DNA of 64,000 nucleotides from Escherichia coli (GTDB lineage Bacteria; Pseudomonadota; Gammaproteobacteria; Enterobacterales; Enterobacteriaceae): NCBI RefSeq assembly GCF_024502345.1, contig NZ_JALDNN010000001.1; one strand, 5' to 3'. Shown piece by piece: positions 1 to 9,503 of this stretch (position 1 is its first letter; each line of letters starts with the position of its first letter). The notes under the pieces were generated by a model. It saw only the letters and a program-made list of their open reading frames with translations, ran no database searches and was not told where the DNA came from. The position numbers and the translations under genes were made by a program.

Positions 1-30
1 TTCCAGGAGCGGAGGCTCAGGCCTTAAGCT

Positions 31-597
31 TCAGAAGTGAGGCTTACGAGGACGCCCTGCAGCAGGCCGTTCAGGAACTTCATTGCAACCGTAGGCACAC
101 AGCCCGTCTTTTTGTTCTTCTTTCGCCAGATAATGCAGGACACCGCGAATATTATCGATGCTCCCGGGATCGTTATGACGCACGGGGATGTTGATGTTGT
201 ATGTATAATGCGGCTGATATGTACAACGGTGCACCGAACCGCTGTTATGCGTAATAGACCGCCAGCATTCCGTAATCCGCTCCGCAAAGGGATATATTTT
301 TTTAACTCTCTGACGATCGATCCAGAAAACCGCATGCGCATGAAAACCATGATCAGCCGTCCATTCAATCACCCAGAAGAAGCCAACGATATTTTCAAAT
401 TGTTCCACCTGCTCCAGCAGCATACGCAACTGCAATTCAAGCCAGCGGTGATCAGGTTGTAAGAAATCAGGCGTATCTTTCCTGTAGAAGAAATCCATCC
501 GTAAGGCCCGCAGGCAGGAATAGCGTGCCATCATTTGATTGATGTGATGGTCAAGTAAGGCGGTAAAAAACCAGTTTGGTGTGTAAGATTTAGGCAT
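31..597 (-). CDS. YagK/YfjJ-family protein (inovirus Gp2-like, HUH-motif replication-initiator-like)
   Basis: 188-aa ORF with His-hydrophobic-His motif (HAHAVFW) and overall resemblance to CP4-prophage YfjJ/YagK proteins; recognised by eye. Confidence 0.5.
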   Translation of the reverse strand: MPKSYTPNWFFTALLDHHINQMMARYSCLRALRMDFFYRKDTPDFLQPDHRWLELQLRMLLEQVEQFENIVGFFWVIEWTADHGFHAHAVFWIDRQRVKKIYPFAERITECWRSITHNSGSVHRCTYQPHYTYNINIPVRHNDPGSIDNIRGVLHYLAKEEQKDGLCAYGCNEVPERPAAGRPRKPHF

Positions 598-1751
598 GTT
601 GATGACTCCTGAAAGTTAATGACGTTTTAAGCTCTGTGAGCGAATTAATGCTTTCGCTCATAATCAGATCTAAAACGGTAATAACTTACAGACGGTATTT
701 ATCAGGCATGCTGTAGCAGAATGGATACGACGGGTTATTAACGACGCGTAGCGTTGTGCTGAAAGGAATAGGTTATCTGATGGCATTGACTAAAGAAATG
801 AGATAAACGAGGAGCGAATAAAATACAGACTCAATAAAACATCACGAAATACTGTAAAATACGCGCTAAAACCCCACTAACTGGCGCATTACGGCCAATC
901 ACATCATAAACTACAAACTTGCTCTCAGTGGTTCTAAAAAAAAACGTGTACAAAGCCAACGCAATAAACTTATACGCCCTCATCCAATCTGTTCTTAAGG
1001 ACATGAACGTTAACCGCACACATTACCAGAGTAAAAAATACCACTGGCATGATTTTTACCCTGCATCTTAAACAATACAACCCGAAACAAACATAATCAG
1101 GAATTCACTCTGTTGATTCTGTTGTTTATCCAGCTCTGTTAAACATGACGGAATCATGGATACTGTATCAAAGAGTAAACATTCAGTTAATCAGTGATGA
1201 CAAAAGAATTGATGTTCACCAGAATAGTTAAAACACTTCAGATAAACAATTATCGTTAAGTAAATACAGTTCATGATAAATAAGATTAAGATCAATTGCT
1301 GTTTCAGTGAAGACTGATAACAGATGGATATTAGCAATAGCGTAGTAGAGAATAGCTTATCTGAATATCATATGAGTTACAGTAATTATGATTGGGGGAT
1401 GGAGTGAATACGATAACAAGAGTAATACTAATGGAATATGTAAAGATTGAGAGTGAGTGAAGACAGGAAATAAATAACAATAGAGATTATATCAAAAAGG
1501 GAGTGAGTATAATAATAGTAATAAACCTAAATTAAAAACATCCATGTTTTATGTAAATACAAATCTGTTTCATAATTATGTACAGAAGTTCGTTATAACG
1601 AATATGTAAATAATTCAGTGTAAGTGCTGCCATATTAAAGGTGATCGCTCAGGTGTCAGCGCCAGCGATAATAAGACGGTCACCATTTGGATTGTCCGCT
1701 CCACCCAACATGTTGTTTCCTTAAGGTTCTCACACCAGAAAGGACATCAAC

Positions 1752-2426
1752 ATGCTGAGCAGAGAGGACTTTTACATGATAAAGCAAATGCGCCAGCAGG
1801 GCGCGTACATTGTCGATATTGCGACTCAGATTGGTTGCTCTGAACGGACGGTCAGACGCTACCTCAAATACCCTGAACCGCCAGCCAGAAAGACCCGCCA
1901 CAAAATGGTTAAGCTGAAACCGTTTATGGATTACATCGACATGCGCCTGGCAGAGAATGTCTGGAATAGTGAGGTTATCTTCGCGGAGATTAAGGCAATG
2001 GGTTATACGGGCGGACGTTCCATGCTGCGTTACTACATCCAGCCCAAACGTAAAATGCGTCCGTCAAAAAGAACAGTTCGCTTCGAAACTCAGCCTGGAT
2101 ACCAGCTCCAGCACGACTGGGGCGAAGTTGAGGTGGAGGTTGCCGGGCAACGGTGCAAAGTTAACTTTGCGGTTAATACGCTGGGGTTCTCCCGCCGCTT
2201 CCATGTCTTCGCAGCACCAAAACAGGATGCTGAGCATACCTACGAATCACTGGTTCGTGCCTTCCGCTACTTCGGTGGTTGTGTGAAAACGGTGCTGGTT
2301 GATAACCAGAAGGCTGCGGTGCTGAAGAATAACAACGGGAAAGTCGTGTTCAACTCCGGATTCCTGTTGCTGGCCGACCACAACCAGAGCAGGAACATCT
2401 GCAGCCGTTACCGAGTTCTGCATTAA
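1752..2426 (+). mobile_element. IS21-family IstA transposase, N-terminal fragment (truncated remnant; no IstB)
   Basis: 224-aa ORF beginning MLSREDFYMIKQMRQQGAYIVDIATQIGCSERTVRRYL, an HTH N-terminus typical of IS21 IstA; ORF ends far short of the roughly 390 aa full length. Confidence 0.6.
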
Positions 2427-2808
2427 GCGCCGTTACGACAGTTAATTTCGTCAGCATACGGGAAAACTGATTGAGGTCGGCCTCGGTTTTGAGGCCTTTA
2501 GCCAGCTCAGCCGCAAGGACTTTAAGCGTCTTTTCGTCCACAATCTACTTGTCTACGTTGTTGGAGCGAACATATCAAAACCGGCAATTACACAATTTAA
2601 ATTACAGTCTCTATGAGAACAGTTCAATTTTTTAACTCTCGTTTTCCTCCCTGGCGTTATATGCATAAGCAACTTGAAAGACCCGATGATAGTTATAATT
2701 TCAGGTTATGTCCATGACGACCAATTTGTAACTAAAACAATAAACGGTAACGCTGCCATATAAGCATCAAAAGCGAGCATTACAGCAACATTCAACCGAT
2801 TAGATGTA

Positions 2809-3249
2809 TCACTCATAATCAGAACAAGATGATGATGTGCCCTGAGATATAAGAAAATCATCAAGAGAACCTCCGGCTTTTATTGCTTCTGCAATAACAG
2901 AAGGCCGACGACCTTGTCCACTCCAGTACATTATTTGACCGTTATACTCATACCTGTACTTATTAGACTCTCCTGAATCGTTTTTTCTGCCCGTCTGTAA
3001 TTTTTTGCCAAATTCACGATACACATCTTCCGCCGTTACACCTGCGTCATCCATGTACTTTTTGATAATTGCCAAAGAATCCTTCAACTCATTACGCTGC
3101 TCAATGGCCTTTTCAAGGTTATCCTTAACTTGATTGAAGTCTTCATCAGACATTTCCATGATCAACTTCCGGACAAGGTTGGAATTAAGAAGTGATGTAC
3201 GAACAGTAGCGAGATCTTCATTCTCAACAGAAAACTTCTTCTTGCTCAT
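2809..3249 (-). CDS. H-NS-like nucleoid-associated protein (H-NS/StpA paralogue)
   Basis: 146-aa ORF; C-terminus YWSGQGRRPSVIAEAIKAGGSLDDFLISQ matches the H-NS DNA-binding motif (TWTGQGRTP ... SLDDFLI); N-terminal coiled-coil-like region. Confidence 0.75.
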   Translation of the reverse strand: MSKKKFSVENEDLATVRTSLLNSNLVRKLIMEMSDEDFNQVKDNLEKAIEQRNELKDSLAIIKKYMDDAGVTAEDVYREFGKKLQTGRKNDSGESNKYRYEYNGQIMYWSGQGRRPSVIAEAIKAGGSLDDFLISQGTSSSCSDYE

Positions 3250-3424
3250 CTATCAATACTCTGCTTATCATTAACTTATGATAAATCCTATCAGGTGATT
3301 TTTTATAAAAATAATGGCTACATCACAAAATGTGATACTTAATATTTACTTCATTCAAAGTGAGTGAACTTTCCCGGATAGGCTGGCCCCCTGAATCTCC
3401 AGACAACCAGTATCACTTATTTAA

Positions 3425-4125
3425 GTGATAATCTTAATATTAGTTTTTAGACTGGTCATTGGAAAACAGATGATTGATGCCTCAGGACCGGAGAAACTCA
3501 GACGGCGTACTGCACAGGAAAAGATCGCTAATGTTCAGAAGAGCTTTGAACCAGGAATGATGGTCTCCCTCGTTGCCCGGCAACATGGTGTAGCAGCCAG
3601 TTACTTCTCTGGCGCAAGCAATACCAGGAGGGAAGTCTTACTGCGGTGACTGCTGGGGAACAGATCGTTCCTGCCTCTGAACTTGCTGCTGCCATAAGGC
3701 AGATTAAAGAACGCCAGCGCCTGCTCGGAACAAAACGATGGAAAATGAACTCATTAAAGAAGCCGTTGAATATGGACGTGCAAAAAGTGGATAGCGCACG
3801 CGCCCTTGTTGCCGGGGTGATGCACTGGGCGGTCACTACCGGCGGCTTCAACAGTGAAACAGCACAGGACGTCATGCCAGGAGCGGTGGAACGCCGCTTC
3901 GGCAACGAGCTTCCGGCGTCTCCAGTGGAGTGGCTGACAGATAATGGTTCATGCTACCGGGCTAATGAAACACGCCTGTCCGCTCGGATGTTGGGACTTG
4001 AATCGAAGAACACGGCGGTGCGGAGTCCGGAGAGTAACAAAATAGCAGAGAGCTTCGTGAAAACGATAAAGCGTGACTACATCGTGTTCATGCCCAAGCC
4101 AGATGTTAATGACGGCATTGCATAA
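3425..4125 (+). mobile_element. IS3-family (IS2-like) element remnant: frameshifted orfA fused to a short C-terminal piece of orfB
   Basis: ORF 3425-3649 resembles IS2 InsC N-terminus ([15 protein letters not shown]...[13 protein letters not shown]); ORF 3646-4125 continues with orfA C-terminus then transposase C-terminal motif [17 protein letters not shown]...[20 protein letters not shown]; most of orfB is missing. Confidence 0.6.
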
Positions 4126-4403
4126 CCATGCAGTAGCGATCGAACATTACAATGCAGCATAGCTCTAGGTTATCGCTCGCCGCAGGTATATATGTGGCAG
4201 CGGATCAGTAATGGGTTAAATGATAACAGGAGTCTGGAAATATAGGGAGAAATTCCCTGATGGATCCCCAAAAAATTTAGTAAACCAATATCATATTGGT
4301 ATACCGTTGTTGTAGAACTTTCAGCCCTGCGTCAAGTGACAAGATGTTTAGTATGAGTGAAGAATGTCGGAACCTGTTTAGGATTCTGTGTAAATGCCTT
4401 TTC

Positions 4404-4996
4404 TCAGAAGTGACCGTTCAGGCGGTCACCAAACTCGATAATAAAGCGGCTCATTGCCATACGCCAGTCCTTCAATGGCACTGTCCATTTCTGGGACGCA
4501 GACTGGATTGCCAGCCACACCACTTTTTTCACCGAGTCGTCTGTCGGGAACACTTTACGCTTTTTGATCGCATGGCGGATCACACTGTTTAGTGACTCGA
4601 TGGCATTTGTCGTATAGATCACTTTGCGGATGTCCGTCAGATAAGCGAAGAACGTAGTAAGATTCGGCCAGTTAGCCTGCCAGCGTCGGCTTATCTAGTG
4701 CTTGCTAGCCTGCCTCTTCCGTGGGTGCCTGATTAAATCTCTTTCAGGTCGCGAGTGACGGCTTTGTAGTCCTTCCATGACACGAAGCGCAGACTGTTGC
4801 GCACCATATGCACGATGCATAACTGGATGTGGGTCTCCGAATATACTGTGTTGATGGCATCTGGGAAGCCTTTCAGGCCATCTGCACAGATGATAAGGAT
4901 ATCGTTCAGGCCGCTGTTTTTCAGTTCAGCCAGCACATTGAGCCAGAACTTCGACCCTGTACACGATTTTGTGTGAAACAACGGGGAGCAGGTCAT
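4404..4996 (-). pseudogene. IS256-family (Mutator-type) transposase fragment, split over two frames, N-terminus missing
   Basis: ORFs 4733-4996 and 4404-4622 carry the conserved IS256-family motifs (ICADGLKGFPDAI ... IYTTNAIESLNSVIR); the upstream part is displaced by the CDS at 5011-5889. Confidence 0.55.
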
Positions 4997-5010
4997 CGCT
5001 TCCCAACCCG

Positions 5011-5889
5011 TTATTTCAGCGTGCCGAACTGTTTGTCTTTCAGTGCATATAGTCGGTCGAACTCAGCATAGGGCTCTCCCGTTTCAGCCGCGTGCCGGGT
5101 TTTAGCATCCAGAAGGTCGGGTAAAGGGATCCTATGATTCAGTGAGTGGTAAAGATCATAACCACTGACACAGATAACCCGCTTCCCTTTACCAAAAGCC
5201 GTCAGGCCTTCAGGCGTAAACCCCATCCAACTGATAAAAACACCGCGTGTCCAGGTTGCCTTGGTACTGAGTTTTCCTTCAAATACATGGAGGTCGGCAG
5301 CCGACGTTCTTTTCTGATGCCACTTTGCCTCCATCAGGTAAAATTCATCATTCAGCCGGAAACTTCCGTCAATCTGTTCTCCTGTATTTCGGAAAGACGA
5401 ACGAGGAGCAAGCTTAAAGATACTGAACAGTTCAGCAAGCCAGGCTTCAAACCGAAAACCACGTGGATGTGGCGGCAGAGATTTCATCTCGTTCATTTCA
5501 GCGATAAGTGAATGCCAGTCAACACCATGCCATGCCTGGACAGGCTTAACGCCTTTGGCTTCATCGGTGTCAGCGTTTTCTAAGCGGGAAATCAGTGCAA
5601 GATAGTCATTACGGCTTTGTTCAGCCTGTTCAGGCATGGATTCCGTTTTATACTGCCAGAGCGCACCAAGAACCCGCAGAGCGGTCTCACGATCAACCTG
5701 TTTCAGCAAGCATCTAACTCGTTTGGCTTTTGACGCCCCCTCTTTCTGATAACGTTCATCATCAATATCAATGTTCAATTCTTCATCGAAAAAAGCAGAC
5801 AAGGTGCGGTTAGAGAAATCCAGTATCCAGCCAGGATCGCTCTCGAACACGATATTAAACAGCCTCAAATCCTGCATTTTCAGTTTCAC
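5011..5889 (-). CDS. Mrr-cat-like PD-(D/E)xK nuclease-domain protein with an uncharacterised N-terminal domain
   Basis: 292-aa ORF with GTG start preceded by AGGAGG; C-terminal half has Mrr-type restriction-endonuclease motifs (GFRFEAWLAELF, GEQIDGSF, MEAKWH); N-terminal ~150 aa unrecognised. Confidence 0.5.
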   Translation of the reverse strand: MKLKMQDLRLFNIVFESDPGWILDFSNRTLSAFFDEELNIDIDDERYQKEGASKAKRVRCLLKQVDRETALRVLGALWQYKTESMPEQAEQSRNDYLALISRLENADTDEAKGVKPVQAWHGVDWHSLIAEMNEMKSLPPHPRGFRFEAWLAELFSIFKLAPRSSFRNTGEQIDGSFRLNDEFYLMEAKWHQKRTSAADLHVFEGKLSTKATWTRGVFISWMGFTPEGLTAFGKGKRVICVSGYDLYHSLNHRIPLPDLLDAKTRHAAETGEPYAEFDRLYALKDKQFGTLK

Positions 5890-6216
5890 GCCTACCTCCT
5901 TTTTTCACAGTATAACGGGATGAAAGTGGGGGAGGAAATGAGTCAGAACCTGTACACCAGCATTAGGGGATTCCGCGTCTGGTACAAAGCAGACTATGAG
6001 AAGAGAGACGCTATAACATTTGAGTCCTACCAATCGATCTGTTCATTTCTATGAATGGCAGTAAATGCAAATAACCAGAACAACCAAACGTTTTTCGACT
6101 TATGTGTCACGAACGGAAGTAGATGGCAATCCATTGCATTACTTCAGGACGACTTTTCAGAAAGCGAGCTAAGGGCGTTGGCATAAACTCAGGCATCGGA
6201 TGCTGTTTTACAGGGT

Positions 6217-6948
6217 TCACCTGCCATCCAGTAGACGCCCCGGCCCACGACTGCAACCATAATTACGTTGACCTGAACCATCATGCAACTTCGTTTCATT
6301 TTTCACGAGATAACTGGCTCTGTTCCGGGCTTTCTGCATCGCTTCCACATCACCACGCTTGATCCAGAGAACAGCGGCTTCACCAGACTTTTTGTCTGAA
6401 ACCTTCCTGGTTTCAGAACATCCACCAGGCACAGGCGTATCATCGGAAGAAGGGCGAGCATCAGATGATGTCGGTTTACGGAAAGGCGTCCGCCTGGAAA
6501 AATGAACCAGTCCATTACCCTGCCAGGGCTCAAGATGCAGAGCACTACACCATGCCAGCTTGATCAGTGTCGCCAGCGAAGAAGGAACGGTGAAATCCCC
6601 TGGCGAGCACCAGGTATCTTTGTTGAGCAGTAATATCACGTGATAATGTTTCCTGCCTTTTTCCTTGCCAAACTCCCGACACCAGAAATAACGCAGAGTG
6701 GTTGCACGCACACGCTTGTTGGCACGTCGTTTATGTCGCTGGTAAGCCTGAATTTTTGCTTTCAGGGATGCAAAAAAACGAGAAATCACCGCTGAATCTA
6801 AATCGGTATCCATGATGGTGGCAGGCATATACTCAGGGAAACGTAAATCCACCCGGATTAACGAGACGGCACGGTGTTGCGCCAGGGCACTGTTGAGAAT
6901 ACTTTCAAAACGGGATAACCAGTAAGCATTGTGTATTGGTTGATTCAT
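6217..6948 (-). CDS. YagK/YfjJ-family protein (inovirus Gp2-like, HUH motif)
   Basis: 243-aa ORF; RVDLRFP and HYHVILLL motifs resemble YfjJ/YagK of CP4 prophages. Confidence 0.5.
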   Translation of the reverse strand: MNQPIHNAYWLSRFESILNSALAQHRAVSLIRVDLRFPEYMPATIMDTDLDSAVISRFFASLKAKIQAYQRHKRRANKRVRATTLRYFWCREFGKEKGRKHYHVILLLNKDTWCSPGDFTVPSSLATLIKLAWCSALHLEPWQGNGLVHFSRRTPFRKPTSSDARPSSDDTPVPGGCSETRKVSDKKSGEAAVLWIKRGDVEAMQKARNRASYLVKNETKLHDGSGQRNYGCSRGPGRLLDGR

Positions 6949-7819
6949 GATGAGAGATCTCCGTTGATTTGGATTGACTTCACATCATTAATCACCGTGG
7001 TAAAACTTTACGGCATCCCGCCAATAAGCAACGCCAATGGCTCCTGATTGAACGGAACAAACCATCCCGGAACGAAAAGAGAATCCAGCTGACACATAGG
7101 GTAAAAACACCTCTGCAAAACACGCAACAACAGCATGAATGGATTTAAAAACGACATGGACAACGAGAAAAGTCAGAAGGGAAAAGGATCCACAGAACAT
7201 TCGAACAAAACACCAGAAACGCAACCAGAACGCTTCCTGGTAATGCAAATCAACAACAACCCCAAAACCTACAGCTTAATCACACAACTCAATCACGGAT
7301 GCGAATGACACGTTTAAAACCTGTTTACAGATAACCCCGCCACAAGAACAAAAATCATCAATATCAGAATCGATTTTCTTATCCTGAAAATGTTACGTTT
7401 CACTACGCACCATAAAAACGATTAACCATCGATAACGTAAACTTCATCTGAATCAAAACACCAAAACCGTTCATCACACTTTCGCAATGCAAGAAGAAAC
7501 CTCATGACAAAAAGAATGACCTTACACGGAAAAGAAAACGTCAGGAATCGTTAATGCCTCAATCTGATTGTTATCAAAACATCCAGAAAGTCGTTTAACA
7601 GAATCGTCGTAAGCACATCGAAAAAAACGTCAGATTACTTCAGGAAAGTTCGGGTTGATTTAGCGTAAAGATACTTTTCTCATGCTAACGTCGAAACTCG
7701 AAATCTCAGAAAAGGTTAAACGCAACATCAGTAAAATCGAATAGCAGATTGATTGCTTAAACAGAAAGGTTTTACAGCAGCTTTAAACTGATTTTAGCTA
7801 ACGTAAAGATTTACTAAAC

Positions 7820-8010
7820 TGGATGTGTATCAGATCAAACAATGTGTACAGCAATGCTTAATGAAAACACGTGTATGTCTGGTAAAACACTTAGTAGAAA
7901 ATACGTGTATAACACTTACTGAAATGCTTAGTAAAAATACTTAGTAAAATATGTGTAGAATTATCTATTTAAAAAGATATGTATATAACACTTAATAAAA
8001 ACATGTGTAT
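7820..8010. repeat. Array of iteron-like imperfect direct repeats (unit approx. CACTTAGTAAAAATACGTGTATA) in an AT-rich ORF-less block
   Basis: At least 4 copies of a ~25-bp unit plus extra GTGTA cores (aatgtgtaca, acacgtgtatg, atacgtgtata, atatgtgtaga, acatgtgtata) read directly from the sequence. Confidence 0.5.
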
Positions 8011-8693
8011 ATAGTATCATACCGACATTCTCAACATCTTCAGACATCCATGCATACTGGGTGTTGATTTTTCACTTTTACAGCCAGCATAGAGTTTTCT
8101 GCTCTGAAAACAGAGCAGATTTACTCTGGAATTATTTTTCTGTCCCCGTATTTCAGGCCCCAGAAAAGACAATCCGAAGCAAACCGTTTGTCAGCTTCCA
8201 TATCATCTTTTACCCCCGGAAAGTGATCGCGTTTTACAACCAGAATGACAGCCATACTGATTATGTCATCTCCCGGCTCCCTTCACATATAACATGCATG
8301 TCTGTCATTGCTTACTGCTCCACATGACAGGAATTCACATACAGGATGCGCATTCAGTGTTTTTATCGCCACTATAACAGACAGATTACTGTCGCTTTTA
8401 CTTTTCAGATTGTTAATCTGACCACAAGAACAGTCGAACAGTACAACGACACACCCAAGGAGGATATGAGCCGTAGTTGATAGCATGTTTTAATTTATTA
8501 TGAATAGATCAAGAATAGATCGTGAATAGTTAGAGAATAGTTCTTCAGCATCTCACAGAGTGATCAAGCCTTGAAGTGATTACTTTTTGAACACAAGTCC
8601 GGATGCAATGTTTTTTTGTTAACTTCCTTGCATATTCGATTTCCATGTGATAGTGAAAATCACCAGAAGAGAATGCGATTGAGGCGTAATCAG

Positions 8694-9503
8694 ATGAAAC
8701 AATATGAAGATGGTTATAACGTGAATGGATATAGCTGGGAAAATGAAACAATTGAGTATTTGTTGAATGATAAACAACTGACAGATAATCACATACCTGA
8801 ATGGGTTAAAAAAAATGAAATTGCAGCATTCTGGTTCTGGTTAGTTATAATTAACACAGATCCCAAACTCCTTGGGGTTCGTAATGAATTAGGGTTCAAT
8901 ACAGCCATGATGGGGCTGATTCCTGCGGGGAGTATACCCATAACAACAATTCCTTCAGATCATGAAATGAGACTGGATGTTATAAGCAAATGGATTAATG
9001 CATTAATCCTTGACAATCAATCAGATTGGTTCATCTCAACAATGCATCAAAACTGGCTGCAGATCGAAAAGAGAAACGAAGCCAAATGGCTTAAAAAGAA
9101 TACAGAACAACTCGAATGGGCATGGAAATATATCAATGCACGCATCCCGCACACGTATCTTTCCTGGTTTTATCCTGTAAGTGATAACGAAAGATACATT
9201 GCTATCGTAGTTTTACTAAAAATTTTATTCCCCGCAGATACACCATACTTACAGCAGCCAAAAGTACTTCACTATGGGGTTGCCGCAAAAGAAAAATTTT
9301 TCGACAAGATGCACAATGCATTCCGAAAACAGTTTACCGACGGAAAAAAAGATAAGCGGGTACAAATCAACGTTAAAATATCATCAGATGCAAAACGTAC
9401 TCTGGACAGACTGACCAGAGAACTGAAAACAACACAACAGGCTGTCCTGGAACATCTGATTCAGAACCACAGGCTGGTGATTCAGAACCACAGACTGGAT
9501 TAA
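8694..9503 (+). CDS. Hypothetical protein, low-GC, no recognisable domain
   Basis: ATG at 8694 with GAGG 9 nt upstream (the longer ORF opens at 8616); AT-rich codon usage; 3-prime end contains a 21-bp tandem duplication and overlaps the convergent gene by 4 bp. Confidence 0.4.
   Translation: MKQYEDGYNVNGYSWENETIEYLLNDKQLTDNHIPEWVKKNEIAAFWFWLVIINTDPKLLGVRNELGFNTAMMGLIPAGSIPITTIPSDHEMRLDVISKWINALILDNQSDWFISTMHQNWLQIEKRNEAKWLKKNTEQLEWAWKYINARIPHTYLSWFYPVSDNERYIAIVVLLKILFPADTPYLQQPKVLHYGVAAKEKFFDKMHNAFRKQFTDGKKDKRVQINVKISSDAKRTLDRLTRELKTTQQAVLEHLIQNHRLVIQNHRLD

Noticed and set aside
24-462. Overlapping ORFs 24-368 (minus) and 37-462 (plus) at the window start
   Set aside because: Both overlap the better-supported YagK/YfjJ-like gene at 31-597 in alternative frames
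3425-4125. Intact IS2 transposase genes
   Set aside because: Reading frame is broken and most of orfB is missing; treated as a decayed remnant rather than a functional IS
6988-7248. 86-aa ORF in the AT-rich block, and ORFs 8061-8327, 8283-8486, 8545-8751
   Set aside because: Low-complexity, hydrophobic or Cys/Phe-rich translations with no ribosome-binding sites; typical chance ORFs in AT-rich DNA
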